DNA of 64,000 nucleotides. Source: Psammoneis japonica. Lineage: Eukaryota. Shown piece by piece: positions 23,400-35,109 of this stretch. Made by a program: the position numbers and the translations under genes. Each line of letters opens with the position of its first letter. The first letter of the stretch is position 1. The notes under the pieces were generated by a model. It saw only the letters and a program-made list of their open reading frames with translations. It was not told the origin of the DNA and searched no databases. The DNA is taken from positions 1-64,000 of the forward strand of contig QPGO01000037.1 of NCBI GenBank assembly GCA_008632985.1. Direction: 5' to 3'.

Positions 23400-24480
23400 T
23401 GGACCTGCAGTTTGGACAATTGCAAAGAGATCCATGCCTCACACAATCTTGCACCTTGTGAAAGTCTTGAATGCTGTGGCTTTTCTCAGACTTTCTTGAG
23501 TCTTGAGCCAGACTGCTGCTTGGTGGTGGAGGATGACATTAATTCCAAATCAGGAGTGCATCCAAGCACTCGCCACTTGGCCTTGTCATGCCATTCCTTG
23601 AAAGCCACATGGGTGGAAGTGACAATGACTGGTTCACCTCAAGAGGATCCCATTGATGTGGTCTTGCCTGTGTTGTTCATGTGAACTGTCAAATGCTTTT
23701 GAGAAACTGCTTTGTGGGGTCTCTTGCTCTGGCTGGAAAAGTCCTTCTGTGCCACTTGCCTGCAAGCATGCACTTGCCATTGGGGCCCTTTGTGACATGC
23801 ACTCCAAATGAAGTTTGTGGGTTGGAAAGGTTTTTTGGGTTGGCCCATGTGCAAGTGTCCAGCAGGAATGATTTCCAAACCTGCTGTTCAAAGCTCCAAT
23901 GTGGAGCTGCAACCATTTTGTCACCATGAGGTTGTTTGGCATTTTCCAGGTTAATGGGAGTCAACTCTTCCCAGGGACAAGGGAAGGTGTTGCACAGCAC
24001 ATCAATGAGGGCAGTTGAGTGCCAAGTTTGAAAGTGCTGCCACAGTGTCATTCAGTGAAAGCAACAACATCATCGCAAAGATGGAAAGGGCCTCTGCAGT
24101 CATCAAAAATGATTTTGTAAAGCTTGGCACAGACACCACAGAGATTGTTGAGAGATGGCAAGTTGGCAAACATGTCCTCTGTGGGGTGGTGGTGCACTCT
24201 GTCAAGGTGGGAATCATCGCCATCAAGACATGTGTCTGTGCAGCCACAACTGGCAGCAGAGTCTTCCTCATCCAGTTTGTTGTTGGCAGCATTCATGGGA
24301 ACACCAGGCAGTGCATCAAACAACTCAGCATCAGACAAGTCCACAGACATGGAGTTGTTTTTGTCTGTGTCACAAAACAGCAATGCAAGTGGAGACATGT
24401 TGTCAAGTTGCAGAGGTGCTGTGTGAGTCGCAAGCTGGACATTGTTGGCAACAGATGCGATGCGTTGCAAATGCCCCAGC
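23400..24480 (-). pseudogene. Decayed Plavaka/CACTA-like transposase, N-terminal/catalytic portion
   Basis: Frameshifted remnants WSFEQQV..FLLD...NP...FG....GKWHRRT...DPTKQFL, GEPVIVT and KWRVLGCTPDLE (family pattern WR.LGYIPDL). Confidence 0.6.
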
Positions 24481-27383
24481 ATTGGGGCAGTGGACTCAGA
24501 TGAGGACAAGCTTTTCTTGGCATCAGCCAATCCTCTTCCAGCACAATGACCAGCCAGGACAACAGCATCACAGAAGAACAACAGAGCAGCAGACTGGGCT
24601 CTGGGCTCTGGAAGATGAGTTGGCCAGCTGGTGGGTGACAGAAGCGCAATGAGGATTGTTGTGCAAGTGGCTGAGGATGCAGGAAAATGACCAATTGCAG
24701 CAAGGGCAGGTGCATTTGGTGCAATGCACCCCCCTGGCAAATGTCTGCTGCATGGCCCAGTTGAAAATGTGCTGCTGCATTGAGCAGCACTGGAGTGTTG
24801 CCTTGGTCTTGTCAGGTCCTCATGCAAAGGTTGGACAGCGTGGCTGCAAAATCAGAAACAAGACACAAAAAGGGCACAAAGGGTGTGTGTGCTCAACTCA
24901 TTTCACAAACAAAAATTTCACAGACTGCACACAACCTCTGTGACATTGGAGCATGTTCGCCTGTGCAACTCAAGCCAGGGTGGTCATTGCTGCTTTTTTA
25001 GCTCAATTTTTGCCCAAAAGGCTCGTGATTTTCTGCTCAAAATTTTTTTGCCATGCTTGCATCATGGCAACCATGGCAAATTTGGATGATGTGGGTGAGT
25101 GCAATGGAGGGGGTCCATCCACAAACTCTTGTTCATTTTACATTCCTTGTGCATCAAAGGTCAGATGCACATCAAATGTTTGTGGACACCCCACTGCATT
25201 TTAGAAAATGAACGGCACATGTCTGCTTGTGCCACCACAACATGTTCATGTTCCAATGCTTGTGCTGTGTTGATTTTTGCATTTCAGGCAAGGCAAAGAA
25301 ATGCCAGAGAGCTCAAGATGCAATGTAAAAAGGCTCAACAGAGTTGTGGTGAGCATGGATCACTGAGAAGAGGACACTTTCAGCCATCTTGCTTCAAGCC
25401 AGAAGTGATGAAAACTGTGCCGGATCTGTGACATGCTCCAAGGATGCACAAGTCAGTTGTGTGCCTCACACCAAATCTCCAGCCCATCCTTGAGTCAACA
25501 AATGACTTCTTTTGCAAGCTTGTGTGAGTGTTGTTGTCCACTGACAAATGTTTGAGTGATGATGTGTGTCCACACTGTTGTGCTCATGCTCTGTTCTTTT
25601 CTCACATTTCTTGTGGAGCATGCTCAGGGAAGTCAAAGAAGTGACAAAAAAGTCAAGATGCAAGGCAAGGCTCAAAAGAGTCACATGGCAGAGAATGTCT
25701 GTTGAGATGGCCATGTCACCACAAAGGACCCTGTGTTGAGTTGTCTGGTCTCTATCTGCTCAGCACTGGCACAGGATGTCTCCACTGATGCTGTGTGATT
25801 GACCAACTCTTTTTTGAATTCATGGCATTTTTGTTGGTGACAGTCCTTGGTTCAGAGTGGCAGAAGAGGCATGTTGCGGCAGTGCTGTCATGTGGAGTGT
25901 TGTGTTTGACAGTTTTCCAGTGTTGTTGACATCAAGTTGCCTCCATTGAACACTTTCTCAGCATTTTGGCATGTGGCAGATGAAAGCAACTGTTCTCCAG
26001 CCAACAGCTCTCCAACAGCTCTTGGCTGCATTGCAGCCTGAACACCTGAGCACCTGAAGCCAACTGTCAGTGCCTCACAGAATGAGATGACAAAGAAAGT
26101 TGGCAGCACAAATGCAAAGCTGAGCACATTGTGGCTTGTGGTTGCTGCTGCTGCTTCCACCACTGCCACTCAGAGGTCTTCTTTTCCTCAGCTTCTTCAC
26201 CTTCATTGGCAATGTCAGTGCCTGATCATTGGAAATCTGCTCCAATCAGATGCTGGCCAGGGCTTTTGTGATTCTCCAGCATGGCACACAAAATCAACAC
26301 CATCTGGAAATGGGAAAGACAATGCAGCTGTTGCAGGTCACCTCTTTTTTGATGCAAGTCTGTGCACTCTGACTGCAAGTGTGCTTGGGAACAGGCATGC
26401 TGTCTTCTGAACAACGCACTCAAAGAATTGATTCAGGAATCTTCAGAGTGCCAGTGCAGATCATGCTGTGGACAACAAAAAGGTTGTGGCAGAGCTTGTT
26501 GATTGTTGGAAAGAGATGATTGCACATGTGAAATGCAATTTTGTGGCATGCATGAAGCATGTGGCATGTGTGCAGAAGATGATGATTTGAGAACCAAAGC
26601 CCTTTTTGCAAAACTGGAGCTAAAAGGTGGGGGATGACCTGACTTAAAAACATGTTGACATTTGGATTGCACATGCAGGGAGCAATTGCAAAATTAAATC
26701 ATGTGTTTTTTGTCAAAAATTGTGCACAACATTTTCATGAAGGTCACACAAAACAGATCAATAAAATGCATCATTGTGGCCATTCTTTTTCAATGTGCTG
26801 CTGTCAAAGAATTGAAAAGCACTGGCAACAGAGTCACAAATTTTGATGGGAAGCATGGTTTGAATTTGTGGTGGGGTGGGCTGGCTCTTCCACTGGAACA
26901 ACACCCAAGTTTTGACCTGATGAACAAACAAGTTGTCAACAACCTGCAACTGCAAAATGTGGCAAGGAAGAAGAAGCAGAGGGAAACCTCTGGCAACCAA
27001 GGGCAGTGGCAGCATTGAAAAGGACAAGAGCAAGTGGGGGCACCAGTCTGCAAAATGAGAAATTGAAGAGGTGGCACACAAAGAGCTGCTTCCAGAAGCA
27101 AAATTCTGTGCAAAGGTCAACATGGCCAGTGGTGGAAAGACATCAAGGCTGGTCCACAAAAACACAGCCAGTGTCAAATTTGGCAAGTAGTGCCAGGTGG
27201 AAACAAGGGAAGACTGGGCAAAAAAGTGTGCCCTGTGTTCCATCAATGCAAATCAACACAAAGAGGAACACTTTCACGCAGTCAATCTTGAAGAATTTGC
27301 TGAGTGACAAGCAGCAAGTGAGTTTTGCACTCTGCAGTTACAAGACATGGCTTTGAACACTTGTGTCATGCATTTGTTAAGTT

Positions 27384-28340
27384 GTGTCACCAGCTGAGCC
27401 AGCCAAGGGTGGCAAAAGCCCCGTGAAGAGCAAAGGAGGACATGGAAGAGGACAAAGAGGCAAAAACAGTGAGAAAGCAGCTGCTTGGGATGACTCAACC
27501 ATGAATGCAGTGGTTGAGGAGAAACAGAGGAACAAGGGCATGCACAATTGGCTTTGTGACAATGCACTCAAGTTCTGCAAGAGCATGACAGTTTGGAAGA
27601 AAGATGGCAGAGACAGGAAACAACAAGGTGATGGAGCTGACTGCAGCAAGTGATGAGGCTCTTGGGCTGTTGACATTAGAGAGCTGCTGAAAGACATGGG
27701 GGAGCACAAGGCAATGAAGGCCAGGAAGATCCAAGAAGGAAGACAGGAAAACAACAATGAAGAAAAGCCACCAGATCCTCTCTGCACAAAACTCACAAAT
27801 GATGCAAGACATGAGGAGATGAAGGAACAGAATCTCTGCACAAAACCCACAAATGATGCAAGACATGAGGAGATGAAGGAACAGAGCATTTCAATGAGTT
27901 GCACAGCAATGTGCAAGAGGACAGGTCAAGTGAGATGGGTTGGAGTTCAACGGTTGGTGCAGCAGGAACAAGAAAGAAGAATGCAAGAAAAAGGGAAAGA
28001 AAGAAATGACCAGGAAGAAGCTGGCACAGAAGGAAAAGAAAGCACAGGCCACATTGGAGCTGCCAAGCAATGACAAGGATGGCAAAGGAGGAAAGAAGGA
28101 ACAAAAGATCAGGATGAGAAAGACAACGCCAGCCATGACAAGAGTGAGGATGCAGAGGGCAATGATGAAGTCAGCAAAGAAGAGCCTGGCAGAAGGGAAG
28201 CAGTGCAGCAAAAGCTTGACAGCAGTTGGACAGCACCAAACAGTTGAGTTGCAAATGAGCCACTGTCCAACCAGCCTTGTTGGCAACAAGCAGCAATGCT
28301 TCAGAGCTTGGCAACAAGAGAGGCATTGGTTGATTTAATG
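27384..28340 (+). pseudogene. Decayed transposon accessory ORF (charged, Lys/Glu-rich)
   Basis: Broken frames containing PLCTK...ARH...SISMSCTAMCKRTG and a K/E-rich tail, within block A. Confidence 0.35.
27780..27885 (+). repeat. 54-bp direct tandem duplication
   Basis: ctctgcacaaaac(t/c)cacaaatgatgcaagacatgaggagatgaaggaacaga at 27780 and 27834. Confidence 0.9.
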
Positions 28341-31285
28341 CCAACAAAATTGACAACATGAAATTAAACACAAGAGTGCTTTTGCTGGTCAGATTTGGCA
28401 GGGGCAATGTTGTGCAATCTCATGGCAAACAGGAGAGGGTTCTGACAGGGATGGAGTGCATGTTGATTGGAGCAGGGGGGCCTGATGCTGACAGCAGTGA
28501 GAGCCAAAGACACAGTGGTAGACAGTGCCTGCATGGTGTCCATTGTTGATGGTTGGGGAGAACAACAAGATTCAATTGTCTGCATCTGAGCCAGCCAGTT
28601 TGCCATTGCCTGAGTTTTCAACATGAGAGGGCACATTGCAGTGATCAAGTGGGCTTTCTTTCACAGCAAATTTTCCACTTTTTAGAGACACTAATTGTCA
28701 ACTGTGACAGACAGCCAGTTGCTCAGATGGTGATGTGTTGTTGCCTGTCACAGATGCCAATTTTCATGTCCACGCTGTTTTGGCACCCCCACCACCAGCT
28801 CTTCCTGCTGTTGAAGCTGAGGCAGGCCTCTCTCCTCCTTGTCCTTGAGACACAGTGCTGTCCCTCACAGATTCTGTGGTGCAGCACCAGGCAATCCCTC
28901 CACCAACCACCTTTGTGAGGCTCTGCTCAGGTTGTTGACTTTGCCACAGATGTCAAAACTTTGTGCAATGGTCATGGAGTCACACAGCATGTTGACAGGC
29001 ATCCACATCCAACTGGGCTGACACATGGTGACCAGCCTGAGCACTTGACAAAGTGCTGCAAAATCTCAGCATCATCTGCACTGACAGGAAGAACCAGAGT
29101 TTTTAGGATGCTGCTTCAAGTGCAGATTCAGAGTTGGGAACTCAGGCATGTTGCGCATTGCCTCAGCAGATTGAAGGTGCATTTTAAGAGCACTGGCTGT
29201 CACCTGGTGGCAGGGCTGGAGTGCAAGCTGAGAAAGAATGCGGCAAGTGCACTCAAGAAGGACTCCATGAAAACTGTGATCAGCACCCCCCCCCCCTGCA
29301 GATGTCAGCATGTTGCTGGCAATTTGGGTGCTGATTTTTGTGCTGTTTGGGAGTGCCATGAGCTCCTGAGTGGCAACAAATGGCAACACCTTGCTCTTAA
29401 TTTTGGGCATCTGTTTGTTGAAATCATGCTGCCATGACTCAAATGTGGCAAAATGATGTGTTTTTTGAGCTTCAATTGCACATTGGGAAAGCAGTCCAGC
29501 CAAACACACAAAACAGCTGCACCCAGCTTGGGGTGGCAGACTCATGGGTGCAGCACATGTGGTGTCATGTTGACAGCACTCAGACAGTTGGTTGGGGCCC
29601 ATCAAATCCTGTGGAACAGCCCATGGCTGGGAAAATGCTTGCTTTGACAGAAGCTAAAGAGGAGCAAAGCCATCACTGTCATTGGTCCTCTGTGCAGAGC
29701 TCCACGCATTTTGGTCTGTAAGTTGCCAGCTCACGCCAACATTTGTGGTGATGAACTTGCAGCAGGCTGCTGTGACCACATCCCAAGTGATGCAATCAAA
29801 AGAGACCACTCAACAGTGTCTGTTTGATGTGCCAGTTGCAGGAAACAGCAACAACAGCGTGTGACAGCTTGCAGCTCCAGTTGTTGATGGAACAGAACAG
29901 CTCAGCAGGAGACTTGCACACACACCAAAATCATGATTTTCTCAGCCATGTGATTTCAGATTTGAGCTTTTGTTGAGTGAGGAAAACACACCCAGGAGAA
30001 AAACATCAAGTCACAGGAGGCTCTCATTTTTGGATTGAGGGTGGTCATTTCCCATGCCCATCCTAAAATCACTGTGTCACCCAAGTGAACACACAAAAGC
30101 CATTTTCACACATTCACAACCAACCACACACAAAAACAAGAACACATCAGGAGGCACCACAGTCGAGGCACAAAAATGATGTTCCACCCTTCAACAGCAC
30201 CAGAAGGATCCCAAGAAACTCTGCTGGAGTCAAGCATTGGCACCAGGTCACAGCAACAAAGACTCCTGCTCTGACTGTGAAGCCCATGAAGTGTGGAACA
30301 TGATGCTGGAAACATGGCGGGACAATCCACCCCAGCTTGTTTGTGAATTTCTCAGTCGTGTTGACAAGCAACATGCAACCCGCTGCATCAACAAAGATGA
30401 CTCCAATGTAGATTTGAAAGACTTGGCTCTCTGTGATCCCGGCTTTCTGAATGTTGTCAAAAAAGTTGCAAAAAAGTTGAGTGCTGGATTGCCACAGGCA
30501 GTGAAGGCCATCTTGAAGACAGAGGCAGGTTGTCGTGACACCCGACACCCAGCTCACCCATGCCCAGTTGCATCAAAAGCAGAAGCACACAAGATGGATG
30601 GAACTGAAAATGCTGGAAAGAACAGCTTTGTTGGAACTGCTGCTCTCTCTGATCCTGTGTGTGTGCGCAGCTCCGCTGAGATCAAACTGCGGCCCGGTGT
30701 CTGCAGCTCTGATGCCAGAGTGCAAAAAGTTTGTGTCAGCACTGGTCAGTGCACTTTGGAGTGCAAAGTGGCAAAGGCTGTTGCCCATGCATTGGCCATG
30801 TCAAAGGGACTGGAGCCCATTGCAATGGGAAGCCAAGTCTCTCGGCATCATCTGCGCTGACAGGAAGAGCCACGCAGAGCAGCTTTTGGCGCAGTGCTCC
30901 AAACAGAGAAACAGTGCTCTGACCACACTCAAGAGAGAGGATTGATTCTATCAAAACTGTGATCTGCACCCCGTCTTTACTGATGTCAATGTGTTGCTGG
31001 CAAATTCTGTTGCTCTTTTGGCGCCACATTGGGAAACACAGCGATTTGCCAAACACCAACCACAGTCGCATGCATGTATGCGCGTGCGTGCGTTCGCGTT
31101 CGTTCGCAACCAAAAATGTGAACTGCACATCAGCCCAACTCCGATCATTTCTATCATGTCGCTCATTTTTTTCTTCCTTGTCGCTTATCGCCGCACCTTG
31201 GACCTTACTGCCACCATGAACCATCACCTCACTCCTCCCGCTTCTAGCCTGTAGCAGAACAAGAGATTAAATACATACAGAAGCT

Positions 31286-33353
31286 ATGTTTCATAAGCCA
31301 GGATCATCCTTGGGTGTGGGCCCCAACAAGAAGAAATCCATGGACGTGCCTCTCAAGAAGTCGGATCGTAAAGCTCTGAGAAACGCAGCTCTCGAATTGG
31401 TGCATGAAGATAGAAAGGACGAATGCGCTTTAGTGTTTCAACAAGCTTTTCTAGATGGAATATTGATGCAACGGAAGCTAACTTTACCGGAAGGCAAGGT
31501 TATGTTGTACACACGAAACCCATCCTCCGGATGGCCGTACGGGGTTCCTCAGATAGTGTGGATCTCGCTCGATGACGGTTCGAAGAGATGGATTCATGCT
31601 CCGACTGTGGCACTTTTGGCCCTGTTGCCTTCTGATTCATTTGATTCTGTCCTAGTTTCACCGGCAGTCTCCAAATTTTTGTGTCGTGGCGCTCATTTAA
31701 TGAGGGCAGGAATGCGAAAAATTTCCGAGCCAACCAGCAATCGCGATGGATTGGTTGTGATTTGTGTACAAGGCAATCCACAACCAATGGCTGTAGGACA
31801 ACTAACAAGAGACACTTTTCCCGAAACAATTGGTCCCGAAGCCAAAGGAATTGGTGTTATGATTTGGACTTGCTATGGAGATGACATTTGGAAGTCTCAG
31901 GTGCCCGTGTCAGAAAAGGATTGCGATGCTTCTGCCGTCAGTTCCATGGGCGGAGCTCCGTTTGATCACGGACACTATGGCAATGTCGGTTTTCTTGACG
32001 GTAAATACGTTGCGCCCATTGTTTCAAGTGAAGATTCTCATGTTGATGAGGGCGCGGAACAATTGGCAGAGAACGAGGGCGAAGATAATCAGATAACTCC
32101 TACAGCAACAACAGAGGATAAGGCGGCTTCAGTCGAGGGTGAGACACCAGATACCGTTGATCAACCGGTCGATCAAGCTGAAAAGGCAATAGAAGAAGAC
32201 GATGGTGTAAATCCTCATGACAAAGTACTGCATGAAGCAGTCTGTAGAGCGCTTGTTGGGTTGAAGAAGTCGGATCTACCAATGACCACCGCCAACTTTT
32301 ACGCGCAGCACGTTCTACCTGCGAGCTCCTCTCCGATTCAATTGAAACAAACGAGCTACAAGAAGCTTGGGAAGTATCTTGCTCAGCAGGTGGAGCGAGA
32401 ACTTCTTGCTTGTGGTCCTGACAAGGATAAGAAGGATCCAATGGCTTATATCGTGAGCGTCACCCGTAGCCACCCAGATCTAAAGCCCTATCGCCAAGAA
32501 CAGAAGGAAAGCAACAGCAACAATGATTCGTCAAAAAAGAAAATGGCCATTGTTAATCTCTACATGGTACCGCACCATGTCATATCCTTGATGCGCTTGG
32601 ACCAAGACGACGTCAAGGCTGTGACTGCAAAAAGCCCTGAACGCAGAGGCACAGGCATGCTCACGGCACCAGAAGTCCGTGCAATTCTCGAAAAGTATGT
32701 AACCGACAATGATCTTGTCAATCCCTCCGATCCAGCTCATGTCCGTGTGGATGGTCCATTGTGTGACGCGCTGTATAAAAAGCACAAGGGCGGCTTTCCT
32801 ACGAGCGTGTCTCGCAAAGAGCTAAACGCGGAATGGTTGAAAAAGATGGACGCGGCGTATGCTATGGTTGAAATGCCTGGGAGCAAAATCACTGGGTTGT
32901 CACGGGGGAGTGCACCCAAAGTGTCCATGGAGGTTAGTAAACGACAGGGCAATCGAAAATATGTGACACGAATCCGAGGACTGGAAGCTGTGAGTTGTTT
33001 TTATCTGTTATTCAGAACTTTCGTTGCAACTTAATCTGACACGCTCCTTGTCGACAACCTTACGTTTCACTCTCTAGTATGGCATTGATCCGATCGAGTT
33101 TGCCAAGGATGTGTCCAAGCGATTTGCGTGCGCCACTACAACAGAAACCAACCCCGAAGGTCGCGCGGCTCTCAAAAAGGGTCACGTCGAGTTGGTAATT
33201 CAGGGCCATTTAGTGGAAGAAGTCCGAGCGCTGCTGCTTGGTAATGACAGTCTGACGAGCCACGGTGGCGCCAAGGGTGGAGACTATTGCTTGCCTAAAA
33301 ACGTGATTGAAGTGACGCTGAAAAAAGGCGTACCAACAAAAAAGAAGGGCTAA
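31286..33353 (+). CDS. EIF2D: Translation initiation factor eIF2D (ligatin); exons 31286-32989 and 33078-33353
   Basis: MFHK...LKKSDRKALR N-terminus, PUA (VSKFLCRGAHLMRAG), LKQTSYKKLGKYL, SWIB-like segment, SUI1 (KRQGNRKYVTRIRGLE|YGIDP...IQGH). Confidence 0.92.
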
Positions 33354-33589
33354 ACTACTAAAGTAGAGAGTGAAACGATACTTACAATAACTTGTGCCGC
33401 AAAGTGGAGCGACAAAATCGTCAACTGAGAATGAGGTGAATTTGTGGTATGTTCTGTGTGGGTCTTGTAACGTTCGCAAGTGAATGGTGGATGATCGATC
33501 GGAGGTAGAAGACAAAATGTTCAGCATTCGTCGCCGTGTCTGTGTGCTCATTGTCTGCTTCAGAACAGTGGGTTCTGTCCCCATTACAC

Positions 33590-34696
33590 TTATCCAAATC
33601 CCTCATCCACGTCATTGCTCACTGGCGTAGAACCCCACGCTTTCATCTGCAAGGTCAACAATTCTTTACGAATGCTGTTTGCATGCTCTTCGGGTATCTT
33701 CTCCATGATTTCTTTCCATTCCGAAAGAACCGTGTCACGTTTTTCAACAATTTTCTCTGTAATCAACATGGGATCGGCAATGTCGTTTTCGGTAATCACA
33801 GGAGAGGAACGCAGAAGCTCTTCCAGGAAATCGTCGGCTCGGCCGTATTTCTGATCGCCGTCAAAATACTCTCCCACACGTAGTGTATAAAAATCATACA
33901 ACCAATCAAAGGACGCTCCCTTTAAATCACGCAATAATTGGTGAATCGCCGCTTGTGTGCATAGATTGTACAACAAGTCAAAGTTCCCGTTTCGAAAGGG
34001 CGATGAATCGCCCACGGTAAAGCCCAACTCATTGTTGATGAGCGCCGATGTGGTCCGATCAAACGACAAGTCAGACGTGTCATCGGACGATTGAGCTAGC
34101 TTGGCGTGTTCAAAGTACGAATCGAGAATTTGTAAATTGGCCGTTTTCAACAAATCCAAGTCACCCACCCACTCCTTGGCGATTTGTTCTCGCACGCTCA
34201 GTATACGCCCAACCAATCCAACGGGATTAATGTCAATTTCGAATTCGACGAAACGCTCTTCTAGATAAGGATTGTTTTTCGACCATCCTCCGTGTCCGGC
34301 TCCACGTCGTTTTGCCGACACCACAACGACATCGTTGGGGGCTTGCATCATGGCCAGCAAAGGACCCTCCCACGTGCCACCAAGGCGTTCGATATAACCG
34401 GCACCAGTTCCGTGGTACTTGAGCATGCCGTGCGTGCCTAAGAAATCTTCAATCCACTTTACCGAATGCGGATCACGAACAGAATCACAAAGAAACATAA
34501 AGCTCTGAATGGCACGCTGTGTCAGGAGATTGCGGACATCCACGCGGGCATCGTTTGTGTGGTGTTCGTTGCGGTCTTGATCGGAAGCAGACAGTCTGGT
34601 GCTTATTTTGCGGGGGGTCGACTTTATCGATGCAGAAGAAAACCCATTACTAGAAGAGAGTGCTATCAAGAGTGTTGAGAGAAGGAGGACCCTCAT
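33590..34696 (-). CDS. Plastid-targeted protein with two RbcX-like repeats
   Basis: Signal peptide ending SNG-F. Repeat 1 NLLTQRAIQ..W...RILSVREQIAKE; repeat 2 NLCTQAAIHQLL..WLYDF...ADDFLEELL...KIVEKRDTV. The CDS is clear; the RbcX call is inferred. Confidence 0.7.
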   Translation of the reverse strand: MRVLLLSTLLIALSSSNGFSSASIKSTPRKISTRLSASDQDRNEHHTNDARVDVRNLLTQRAIQSFMFLCDSVRDPHSVKWIEDFLGTHGMLKYHGTGAGYIERLGGTWEGPLLAMMQAPNDVVVVSAKRRGAGHGGWSKNNPYLEERFVEFEIDINPVGLVGRILSVREQIAKEWVGDLDLLKTANLQILDSYFEHAKLAQSSDDTSDLSFDRTTSALINNELGFTVGDSSPFRNGNFDLLYNLCTQAAIHQLLRDLKGASFDWLYDFYTLRVGEYFDGDQKYGRADDFLEELLRSSPVITENDIADPMLITEKIVEKRDTVLSEWKEIMEKIPEEHANSIRKELLTLQMKAWGSTPVSNDVDEGFG

Positions 34697-35109
34697 GGTT
34701 TTGTTGTTGGCATTGCTGATGGAAGTTGTGACAGAGTTGTGACAGCTGTTTTCTCTCTGTGTGTCGCATTTTTCGGAATTTTGGCAAGCCGGCAGAAGGG
34801 CAATAGAGCAATAAAGATACGACAACTTTTGATGTGCAACGGAAAAACGACATTTTTAGTTATCTGTACTCGTATAAAAAATAATAGGAAAGCTGTCTAC
34901 AAAATGTGGGCACGAGTGCTTTTCGCATTCCTGTTGTTGGTTTTGCTTGTTTGCTTGCTTGTAGTAGGAATACTACTTTCATCGGTCACTACCATCTCAG
35001 AACCAAACCAACGTACTAAAGAGCAATAGGAAAGAAAACGAGAAAGTGAGGACAGACATTGTCTAGATACAGTAGACACATTTGGCCCAATCACTACTAC
35101 AAATTCCGT

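Larger units (their letters stand above)
20605..31100. mobile_element. Block A: cluster of decayed transposon fragments with near-complete CpG and TpA depletion
   Basis: Manual count for 21001-21600: 1 TA and 0 CG in 600 bp. ORFs in all frames are nearly Tyr-free and Cys/His/Gln-rich. Transposase remnants lie inside the block. Confidence 0.85.

Noticed and set aside
20631..31000. Dozens of overlapping Cys/His/Gln-rich ORFs in all six frames (also in blocks B, C and D)
   Set aside because: By-product of TpA loss, which removes TAA/TAG stops and Tyr codons. They are not credible genes.
20605..31100. Classical fungal RIP or plain 5mC decay as the full explanation
   Set aside because: RIP raises TpA and AT content, and CpG decay does not remove TpA. 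Here TpA is lost and the ARF pair shows TA->TG/CA.
20605..31100. Foreign (viral or contaminant) DNA with intrinsic dinucleotide bias
   Set aside because: The same signature overlies a duplicate of a neighbouring host-type gene and grades into flanking genes. A chimeric assembly still cannot be fully excluded without reads.
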